DNA of 27,333 nt. Origin: Myxococcota bacterium. GTDB taxonomy: Bacteria; Myxococcota; UBA727; VGSZ01. The stretch covers positions 1 through 27,333 of the forward strand of contig JBKJNL010000120.1 of assembly GCA_046593615.1 (NCBI GenBank). Direction: 5' to 3'. Positions 16,653 through 24,900 of this stretch are shown in pieces (positions within the stretch are counted from its first letter, which is position 1; each line of letters begins with the position of its first letter). A program made the translations under genes and the position numbers. A model generated the notes under the pieces. That model saw nothing but the letters and a program-made list of their open reading frames with translations. It had not been told where the DNA came from and did no database searches.

Positions 16653-17933
16653 TCAGACGCGTTCGATGCGCGCGCCCAGGCCCTTGAGCCGCATCTCGAT
16701 GTTGGCGTAGCCGCGATCGATCTGCTGGGCGTTCTGGATGACGCTGCGGCCGTCGGCGACGAGCGCCGCGAGCAGCAGCGCCATGCCGGCCCGGATGTCG
16801 GGCGACGACATCGTCTGGGCGTAGAGGTGCGAGGGGCCCTCGACGATGCAGCGGTGCGGGTCGCAGACGGTGATGCGTGCGCCCATGCTGATGAGCTTGT
16901 CGACCCAGAAGAGCCGGCTCTCGTACATCCACTCGTGGATGAGCACGCTGCCCTTGCACCGCGTGGCCAGCACGACGGCGATCGAGATGAGGTCGGCGGG
17001 GAAGCCCGGCCACGGCGCGTCGTGGATGCGGGCGATGGCCCCGTGCAGACCGTGCTTGACCTCGAGCTCCTGGTCGGCCGGCACAAAGATGTCGTCGCCG
17101 CGGACCTCCCAGGTGACGCCGAGCCGGCCAAACGCCAGGGCGGTGATGCGGTGGTCGTCGGGACGCGCCTTTTGGATGAGCAGCGGCGACTTCGTCATCG
17201 CCGCCAGCGCGATGAAGCTGCCGACCTCGAGGTAGTCGGGGCCGACGTCAAAGGTGGCGCCGTGCAGCTTCTGGCGCCCCTCGACGATCAGGGTGTTGGT
17301 GCCGACCCCGTGGATGCTGGCGCCCATGGCGATGAGCAGGTTGCAGACGTCTTGCACGTGCGGCTCGCTGGCGGCGTTTCGGATCGTGGTCGTGCCCTTG
17401 GCCAACGACGCCGCCATCACGACGTTCTCGGTGGCCATGACGCTCATCTCGTCGAGAAAGATGTCGGCGCCGCGCAGCCCCTTGTCGGCGCGCATCACGT
17501 AGCGATCGGGAAAGACCTCGATGACGGCGCCGAGCTGCTGCAGCGCTGCGATGTGCGTGTCGACGGGGCGACGGCCGATGCGGTCACCGCCGGGCACGGG
17601 CAGGGTGCACGCGCCCATGCGCGCGAGCAGCGGCCCGGCGAGGGCGAAGCTGGCCCGCATCTGCCGGCACAGCTCGAGCGCCGGGGCTGTGCTCTTGATG
17701 TTCTTTGGCGTGACGGCGAAGCGGTTTTTTGCTTGTTCGACGACGTCGACGCCGATGTCCTGCAGCAGGGCCATCATGGTGTGCACGTCGCGGATGCGCG
17801 GGACGTTGCCGAGCACGACGGTGTCGTCGGTCAACACGGTGCAGGCCAGCAGGGGCAGGGCCGCGTTCTTGTTGCCCTCGACGGTGATGCTGCCCGTCAG
17901 CTTCTGCCCGCCCTCGATGATGAAGGTATCCAT
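16653..17933 (-). CDS. murA: UDP-N-acetylglucosamine 1-carboxyvinyltransferase MurA, Asp variant
   Basis: Start moved to ATG 17933 (MDTFIIEGG). Motifs GNKNAALP, MRASFALAGPL, PGGDRIGRRPVDTH, SVMATEN, NAASEPHVQD, PWPGFPAD, DIRAGMALL, IDRGY. Confidence 0.97.
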   Translation of the reverse strand: MDTFIIEGGQKLTGSITVEGNKNAALPLLACTVLTDDTVVLGNVPRIRDVHTMMALLQDIGVDVVEQAKNRFAVTPKNIKSTAPALELCRQMRASFALAGPLLARMGACTLPVPGGDRIGRRPVDTHIAALQQLGAVIEVFPDRYVMRADKGLRGADIFLDEMSVMATENVVMAASLAKGTTTIRNAASEPHVQDVCNLLIAMGASIHGVGTNTLIVEGRQKLHGATFDVGPDYLEVGSFIALAAMTKSPLLIQKARPDDHRITALAFGRLGVTWEVRGDDIFVPADQELEVKHGLHGAIARIHDAPWPGFPADLISIAVVLATRCKGSVLIHEWMYESRLFWVDKLISMGARITVCDPHRCIVEGPSHLYAQTMSSPDIRAGMALLLAALVADGRSVIQNAQQIDRGYANIEMRLKGLGARIERV

Positions 17934-18040
17934 GGTCTTTGCTGCTCCGCGTGGCTCGAGTTGGACGGCGCGCATGGTACTCCCGGAAAGGCCGCTGGCG
18001 CGGGCCGTTTGCAGCAACCAGAAAAATTCCTGACGACGTC

Positions 18041-18076
18041 GACACCGACGACGACACCGACGACGACACCGACGCC
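18041..18076. repeat. 12-bp tandem repeat GACACCGACGAC x3, intergenic
   Basis: GACACCGACGAC GACACCGACGAC GACACCGACGCC between divergent murA and the 18192 ORF. Confidence 0.8.
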
Positions 18077-18191
18077 GAAGTCGGGGGCGACCGCGTCGCT
18101 GTTGCCGTCGTGACAACGAAGCGGGTCGGCGCGCTGTTCCGCAAACGAAGGGTTGAGGTTCGCTGCGCGTGCGCTGCATCATCCGCCCCCG

Positions 18192-18500
18192 ATGGACGAG
18201 AGCGCCCAGGAATTCTGGTGCTACAAGCGCGGCCTGCTGGTGCTGCGTTTCTTGTCGTCGTCAGGCGTGTTCGTGCCGACCAAAGGACCGCTGCCACCCG
18301 AGCGCGATCCCGAAGGCCTGATGAAGCCCTGCACCTTTGCCTCCGGCCAGTTTCTCTCGGTGGAATGGGAGCCGCGGGTGCGTCTGCTGCTCGACCGCTC
18401 GCAAGACCTGGTCGAGCTCATCGAGCTCCTCGAGGATCGCCGCTACGAGGTCGACCTCGAGCCGCCGTCGAAAAAGGCCCGCCCCTTCCGCTTTCTGTGA
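18192..18500 (+). CDS. Small hypothetical protein (102 aa)
   Basis: ATG 18192 (MDESAQEFWCYKRGLL...); normal globular composition and G/C-ending codons; no family recognised. Confidence 0.65.
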   Translation: MDESAQEFWCYKRGLLVLRFLSSSGVFVPTKGPLPPERDPEGLMKPCTFASGQFLSVEWEPRVRLLLDRSQDLVELIELLEDRRYEVDLEPPSKKARPFRFL

Positions 18501-18589
18501 GCGCCGGTCGCGCGTTGATCCTTGCGGCCGGTGACCGTGTCGCTCTGCGCGCCGTGCAACCCGCGGACGCCGCCGGGCATCTCAACGGC

Positions 18590-19135
18590 ATGCGCCATTC
18601 TTTCTGCATCCCGCTTTTGCTGGCCTCGGCGTTCGCCTTTGCTTGCCAGCCCACCACCACCGAGCGGCTCGGGCTCGGTCCGGTCGAGACCGTCGAAGGT
18701 CTCGAGCTCGATCGCTACCTCGGTCGCTGGTTCGAGATCGGCAACTACCCGACGTCGTTCCAGGAGGGATGCAGCGAGACGACAGCCGAATACTCACTGA
18801 AGGACGACGGTGACATCGAGGTTCGCAACAACTGCACCGTCGACGGCGGGCCCAACGAGGCCGTCGGCGTCGCGCGCGCGGTCGACCTCGACGCCGGCAA
18901 GCTCGAGGTCAGCTTCTTTGGCCCCTTCTTTGGCGACTACTGGGTCGTCGAGCTGGGCGAGGAAGGCGGCGAAGAAGCTCCCTACAGCTACGCCGTCGTG
19001 ACGTCCCCGAGCCGTGACTTCCTCTGGGTGCTCTCGCGTGAGCCGACGATGGCTGACGCGACCCTCGACGGCATCTTTGAACGGCTCGACGAGCAATCCA
19101 TCGATCGCGAGCGCTTCGTTCTCACCGAGCAGTGA
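18590..19135 (+). CDS. blc: Outer-membrane lipoprotein lipocalin (Blc family)
   Basis: Start moved to ATG 18590; lipobox AFAC; LDRYLGRWFEI (lipocalin GxW motif), TTAEYSL, GKLEVSFFGPFFGDYWV, LWVLSREP. Confidence 0.9.
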   Translation: MRHSFCIPLLLASAFAFACQPTTTERLGLGPVETVEGLELDRYLGRWFEIGNYPTSFQEGCSETTAEYSLKDDGDIEVRNNCTVDGGPNEAVGVARAVDLDAGKLEVSFFGPFFGDYWVVELGEEGGEEAPYSYAVVTSPSRDFLWVLSREPTMADATLDGIFERLDEQSIDRERFVLTEQ

Positions 19136-19196
19136 CCGAGCAGGCACGCCGCGTTCGGGCTCCACGGCGCCGTGCACTTCAGCTAGGGTGCCCGCC

Positions 19197-20708
19197 ATGA
19201 TTGTGAGCGTGTTGACGGCGCTGCTGGTGGCACAGCTCGAGGTCGGGAATCCGGCGCCCCCCGATCCCCCCGCGGGCGGGGCGGCGGCGGCGCTCTCGGA
19301 CCCTGCGGGGGCTCCGCCGGCGCTGCCGAGCGATGCCCAGCTCAAGGCGATGGCCGAACAAGACATCGAGGCGGCGCGGGCGCCGTTGCGGCGGGCGGCG
19401 CGGACGGCGCCGACGGCAGCCACCCGGGCCCTGGCGCTGCGGCTGTTGGCGACGTCGGACGCGACGTCGGCCACGGGCCGCATCTGCGCCCGCTCGTTGC
19501 GGCTCGATGCCGATCCGCTGGTGCGCCGCTCAGGCGCCGAGTGCCTCGGTCGAATCGGGCCGCGCTTGTCGTCGGCGTACACGGCGGCGCTGACGGCGGC
19601 CCTGACCGACGGCTCCCTCGACGTCGTCACCATGGCCGGCTGGGCCCTCGCCAACGTCGGTGACGCCGGCGCGGTCAGAGACGTTGCCGCCCTCGTCGGC
19701 CACCCCGACGCGCGCGTGGGCCGGCTGTTTCGCGGCTACGCCGAGCGCATGCGCGACCGGCTCGGGCTCAGCTACGCGCTCAAAGCGCCTGTCGAAAACG
19801 GCGTCGCCGGATCCGCCGACGAGCCCACGGCGATCCCGCCCGGCGTGGCCCTCACGTTCCCCGGCCGCGGCCTCGACGTCGCCAGCTCCGCCGGCTGGCT
19901 CGGCGTCTACGGCGCCATGGCCGGTTGGTTCCACGGTCCGTTCTTGCTGGCGGCCCACGGCGGCGAAGGCGGCGCCCAGGCCGGATCACTCGCCGGGCTC
20001 GGTCTCGCGGCCATCGGCGCGGCCTCGTTGTCGGGCTACGGCTACGCCCGCGCCGACTCGTTGCCCCTGGCCCACACCGTCGTGCAGCTCGGCACCCTTG
20101 GCGGCCTCGCCGGCTACGGCGGCGGACAGCTCGTGGGCTTCGCGCCGACGTCGGCGATCGCCGCGGCCAACCTCTCGCTGGTCGGCACCCTGGTCGGCAC
20201 CGGCGTCGGCATGGCGCTCGTCGAGACGCGTCCGCCGACCCTCGGGGCGCTGTCGGCGGGCATGACCGCGGCGGTGTTGGTGGGCGCGTCGTCGGGCGCG
20301 CTGGCGGCGAGCTACGGGTATCCGTTCGACCACACCCTCGGCGTCATGCTGGCCACCGGCGGCGTCGCCGGCGGCGCCACCACGGTGCTGTTGGCGTCGC
20401 AGGACATCGGCCTGTTCCCGACCGCGGGCGCCGGCGTCGGCGGTCTGGTCGGCGGCGGCGCCGCGGCCCTGACCATGGCCCTCGTCGAGTCGAACGGCAC
20501 GACGACGGAGAAGACCGGCTGGGTCATCGTCTCCGGCTTCGCCACCGGTGCTGCCCTCGGCGGCATCGGCGGTTGGCTGTTGCCGCGCGAGCGCGATCCG
20601 CTGCTGGCCGGCACGCTCAAGCTCGATCCGCCGGTGCTCGGCCTGCTGCCCGCGGGCGGCCTGCGCCGTGACCCGACGCCGGTGGCCATGATCAGCGGCA
20701 CGTTCTGA
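19197..20708 (+). CDS. Exported HEAT-repeat protein with a Gly-rich multi-helix hydrophobic C-terminal domain
   Basis: Start moved to ATG 19197. HEAT-like DADPLVRRSGAECLGRIG and LDVVTMAGWALANVGD; about 8 Gly/Ala-rich hydrophobic segments; ends PVAMISGTF. Confidence 0.72.
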   Translation: MIVSVLTALLVAQLEVGNPAPPDPPAGGAAAALSDPAGAPPALPSDAQLKAMAEQDIEAARAPLRRAARTAPTAATRALALRLLATSDATSATGRICARSLRLDADPLVRRSGAECLGRIGPRLSSAYTAALTAALTDGSLDVVTMAGWALANVGDAGAVRDVAALVGHPDARVGRLFRGYAERMRDRLGLSYALKAPVENGVAGSADEPTAIPPGVALTFPGRGLDVASSAGWLGVYGAMAGWFHGPFLLAAHGGEGGAQAGSLAGLGLAAIGAASLSGYGYARADSLPLAHTVVQLGTLGGLAGYGGGQLVGFAPTSAIAAANLSLVGTLVGTGVGMALVETRPPTLGALSAGMTAAVLVGASSGALAASYGYPFDHTLGVMLATGGVAGGATTVLLASQDIGLFPTAGAGVGGLVGGGAAALTMALVESNGTTTEKTGWVIVSGFATGAALGGIGGWLLPRERDPLLAGTLKLDPPVLGLLPAGGLRRDPTPVAMISGTF

Positions 20709-20709
20709 G

Positions 20710-20741
20710 GCGCTGACGCGCTGACTCGCTGACTCGATGAG
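20710..20741. repeat. 8-bp tandem repeat (G/T)CGCTGAC between convergent genes
   Basis: GCGCTGAC GCGCTGAC TCGCTGAC TCGATGAG read directly. Confidence 0.8.
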
Positions 20742-20756
20742 CGCTACGACCGGCTG

Positions 20757-21857
20757 TCAGCGTCGACGTCGTCGACAAAAGGCCAGCAACGCCAGCGCCA
20801 GCGCCGACACGCCGCCGTGGACGCCGCGGCAGCCGCAGCTCTCGGGGGCGGCGACGCCGTCTGCGCCTTCGCCTTCGCCCTCGCCGGTTTCGTCGGGCTC
20901 GCCTTCGCCTTCTGCGGCGGCGGCAGCGTCGACGACGAAGCCGCTGGGAAAGACAAAGATGTCGGCGCCGCGTTGGGCGATCACGTCATACGTGCCGGCC
21001 GACAACGACGACGGCAGGCGTCCGCGCACGGCGCCGGCGCTGTCGACGACGGCGGCCGCGAGCGGTTGTGGGCCGAGCCGCACGGTGGTGTCGGCGGTGA
21101 AGCCGCTGCCGAGGACGACGACGTCGACGCCGCTGCCCGCGTTGGCCCGTGCCGGGATGATGCTCGTGACGGTGAGGACCGCGCCTTCGCCTTCGCCCTC
21201 GGCGGCTTCGCCCTCGCCTTCGCCTTCGCCTTCGCCCTCGCCTTCGCCGCCGCTGGGGACGAAGCGGCAAAAGGAGTCGTCGAGCGGCACGTCGGTCTCG
21301 ATGATCGCCCGGAAGATCCAGTCGCCGTCGACACCGAGGGCGTCGTTGTCGTACCAGCCCGGGCCGCCGAGCCCGTTGGGCGTGAAAATCACCGATTTGG
21401 CGTCGAGGCCGTCGGCGTCGCGGGCGATGCCGGGGAAGCCGTTGGTCCGGTAGACGAGCGACACCCAGAACTGGCCCGACAGCGCCAGCGTCGGCGACAC
21501 CGCGATCTCCGAGAAGTCGGTGTCGCTGTCGATGACCGGCGCGTCGCCGTCGTAGAGGACGGTGCCCGGGTAGCCGTCGGTGGCAAAGACGTCGCTGCCG
21601 TCGGGGGCGTAGACGCGCAGGCCTTCGGTGAGCCCCAAGCCGGGCGTGTCGCTGCCGCCCCAGGCGATGAGCATGCGCAGCAACGTCGCGCCGGCGGGGG
21701 GCGTGAAGCGCACGGCGGCCTCTTCGCCGACGACGAAGCCGCCCTGAAACGCCAACGCGTCGCCGGGGTTGTAGGAGTCCGAGCAGAGGATCCGCTCTTC
21801 GGCCGAGGCTGCGGGCGCGAACAGAGCAACGGCGAACAGCAGGCAGGTGGCACGCAT
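20757..21857 (-). CDS. Surface protein with a beta-sandwich domain, Gly-Glu linkers, IPT/TIG domain and MYXO-CTERM sorting signal
   Basis: Signal peptide MRATCLLFAVALFAPAASA; LTVTSIIPARANAGSGVDVVVLGSGF (IPT/TIG pattern); C-terminal SCGCRGVHGGVSALALALLAFCRRRRR. Confidence 0.85.
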   Translation of the reverse strand: MRATCLLFAVALFAPAASAEERILCSDSYNPGDALAFQGGFVVGEEAAVRFTPPAGATLLRMLIAWGGSDTPGLGLTEGLRVYAPDGSDVFATDGYPGTVLYDGDAPVIDSDTDFSEIAVSPTLALSGQFWVSLVYRTNGFPGIARDADGLDAKSVIFTPNGLGGPGWYDNDALGVDGDWIFRAIIETDVPLDDSFCRFVPSGGEGEGEGEGEGEGEAAEGEGEGAVLTVTSIIPARANAGSGVDVVVLGSGFTADTTVRLGPQPLAAAVVDSAGAVRGRLPSSLSAGTYDVIAQRGADIFVFPSGFVVDAAAAAEGEGEPDETGEGEGEGADGVAAPESCGCRGVHGGVSALALALLAFCRRRRR

Positions 21858-21937
21858 CTCTCGAGGTTACCGGGCCTCCAGAACGCCGCGCAGATCCCCC
21901 GTTTCGTTGCATGTGCGGCTTGGTAGGCACGACGTCG

Positions 21938-24900
21938 ATGTTGCCCCCATCCGTCGTCGCCACGCCCCTCTTTGCTCGCGCGCAAACGCTGCTCTGCGCG
22001 CTGGTGATCGCCTGCGCGTTCGGGGGCGCGCCCGCGCTGCGGGCCGAGGTGATCCTCCAGTACTTCGAGACGTCGTGGAGCGAGGTCGAAGCCCGCGTCC
22101 CCGAGATCAAAGCCGCCGGCTACGACGCCTTGTGGTTGCCGCCGCCGACCAAGGGCACCGAAGGCGTCCGCGACGTCGGCTTCGCCGTCTACGACCGCTT
22201 CGACCTCGGTGACCGCGACCAGCGCGGCACCACCGCCACGCGCTACGGCACGCACGCCGAGCTGCAGGCGCTGGTCGAGACCGCGCACCGCTTCGGCCTG
22301 CGCGTCTACTTCGACGTCGTCATGAACCACCATGGCAACCCGCAGACCATCGAAAACGTCGGCGTCACCGAAGCCGACATCGGCGGCATGGCTGAGCTCG
22401 GCGGGGCCGCTGGCTTCCCCGGGACGTCGGTGTGGGACTTCCATGTGCTGCCTGCGCGCGTGCCCGGCGACGGCCGCTGCCCCGACGACAACAACGCCAG
22501 CGGTTGCGAATTCTGCGCGCGCCAGCCCGCCGAAGCCAGCGCCAACGACGTCTTTGGCGGCCTGCAGTGGCGCGTCGCCAACGACAACGCCGGCAGCGGC
22601 GCCGAGGTCTGCATCAGGCGCGACGGCGGCGAGCTGCGCGTGGCCTCGTTGACCATCGCCGAGGCCATGGCCGATTCGGGCGCGCCGTCGTCGTTGCCGG
22701 GCTACTTCGCCGGCTACACCCACGTGGTGCGCGCGCCTCGCATGGACGACTTCGCCGACTTCGGCTTCGAGGTGACGAACTGGTCGCTGCTGGGCCTGCA
22801 CGACCTCGCCACCGAGCAGTACGCCAACGGCGATGGCCCCCTCGCCAACGACGGCGACAACGCCGTGGTCGGCACCGCGCTGCCCCGCTTCACGCGCAAC
22901 GACCGCGACGCCCTCGACCGCAGCACCTACCGCTTCGGCGACGGCGTCGGCGGCGCCGCCACACCCCACGCCGAAGACACGCGCCAGTGGCTCATCCGCT
23001 GGATCCGCTGGCTCATGATGGACACCGGCGCCGACGGCTTCCGCCTCGACGCCATCAAGCACGTCTGGCCCAGCTTCTACGGCGAGGATTTCCCCGACGA
23101 CCCCATCGCGTTCAACAAGGTCATCCAGGACACCTACGACGAGCTGCATGCCTTTACCGACGTCGACGACTTCGACCTCGTCGACGACGCCGCCATCTTT
23201 GGCGAAGACTTCACCGGCAGCTGCGACGCCTTGAGGCCCTACATCGTCGGCGGGCAGCGGGCCCTCGACTTCCCGTTGTTCTTCAACATCGGCGGGCGCA
23301 GCGGCCTGTTCAGCGGCGACATCGGCCAGCTCTCTGAAAAGGCGCCACCGGGGTGCCCAGGCATCGGCGCCTTTGGCGGGCTGAACCGCTTGAGCGGCAT
23401 CGGCTTTGTGCAGTCGCACGACGAGTGCGGCGCTCCCGGTGGCGCGTTCGCGGCCAGCAACCGCGACCCGCGCTTCTCGCGCTGCGAGGTCGACGGCGGC
23501 TACCGCAGCGGCGCCACCGACCTCAGCCACGCCTTTGTGCTCACGCGCGACGCCGACAGCGCGGTCTTCTACGACGGCAACAACTGGACCTCCGACAGCT
23601 TCGTCCGCTCGGGCCGCGCCGACGCGCTCGGCGAGACGTTCTCGGGCAGCGCCCAGCTCGAGCTGGTGACGACGGTGCGCGCCGCCCGCCGCATCGCCCG
23701 CGGCACGATGGACAACCTCTGGGTCGGCGACAACGCCTGGGCCTACGAGCGCGACGTCGCTGGACCAGCTGGCGCGAAGCTGGCCGCCGGCCTCGTCGTG
23801 CTCAACGACGGACAAGGGGGCGACGTGGGCTTCGGCGACGACGCCAACCAGGGCTCGTTCATCGTCACGCGCTTTCCGCCCGGCACCTTTCTCGAAGACA
23901 TCAGCGGCAACGGCCAGTTCGCCGCCAGCTTGACCGTGCTCGACCCCGACCTGCTGCCCGTCGCCGAGCAGCCCGAGGTCAGCGAGGCCCGCCGCCGCTT
24001 CTCTGTCGTCAACGACGGCGCCAGCACCGCCGGCCTCGGCGTCGTCTTTGCCGGCGTGCCGGCGCGTTCGTGGGTGATGTTTGCGCCGCCGGCCTTTGCG
24101 GCAGGCAGCGAGGTCACCCTTGAGCTGAAGGACATCCCGCTCGCGTCGCTGTCGCCGGGCGTGCACGCCCTGCACGTGCGCTTCGTCCGCGCCGTCGACG
24201 GCGCCGCTGACGCCCACGACGAATTGGTGCTCTCGCTGTGCGTGCCGCTGGCTGGCGACGCTTCGCTGTGCGGGCCGGTTGCCAGCGGGGCCGGCGGGGT
24301 GAGCGTGCCCGCCGGCGACCCCATCGCCAGCGGCACCGTCGCCTTGCTCGTCGACGGCACCGTGCCCGAGCGCCGCAGCGTCGAGACCGCGCCCGGCCGA
24401 CTCCTGCCCGACAACGCTCCCGTGGCCCGCGCGGTCGAGCACCTGGTGGTCGTCGACGGTGACGCCCTCGACGTCGTCGTCAATACCGCGGCGCTGCGGG
24501 CGCCCACGCTGGTGGCCATCCGCCTCGACGACGATGCCGAGCTCGTGCCGGGCACGCCCATCCGGGCCTCGGCCGAGCGCTTCGTCGACGGCTTCGTGCG
24601 CCTGCGCCTGCCGGGTGAGCCGGGCGAAGGCGAGGGCGAGGGAGAAGGCGAGGCGGGCGAGGGCGAAGGCGAAGCCGTCGGTGAAGGCGAAGGCGAAGGC
24701 GCCGAAGGAGAAGGCGAAGGCGAAGGCGAGGTCGACCCCGACGGCGACGACGACAGCGATGGCGTCAACAACGGCGACGACGTGTGCCCGCTGGTGCGCG
24801 ATGCCGATCAACAGGACTTCGACGAAGACGGCGTCGGCGATGCCTGCGACCGCTGCCCCGACGTCATCGGCAGCGACGTCACCGGCTGTCCGGCGCTGTC

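Noticed and set aside
16604-16656. CTGAGCAG...CTGCTCAG inverted repeat with a G8 run (16629-16636) between the DAIP-like gene and murA
   Set aside because: Only 8 bp with a long loop, built from the two stop codons, and no U-tract, so too weak for a terminator call. The G run is intergenic between convergent genes, so phase variation is unlikely.
17939-18589. N-terminal extension of the lipocalin ORF containing DDVDTDDDTDDDTD
   Set aside because: A signal peptide and lipobox start at ATG 18590; the extension overlaps the 18192 gene in another frame and is low complexity.
21389-24811. 1140-aa minus-strand ORF, and similar long shadows such as 11148-13058 (-), 10210-11682 (-), 882-1955 (+), 1312-2652 (+), 16827-18113 (+) and 13869-15302 (-)
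   Set aside because: Antisense or off-frame shadows of well-supported genes. High GC and strong codon bias suppress stops; the translations are Arg/Ala/Gly-rich or mirror the real gene and carry no family motifs.
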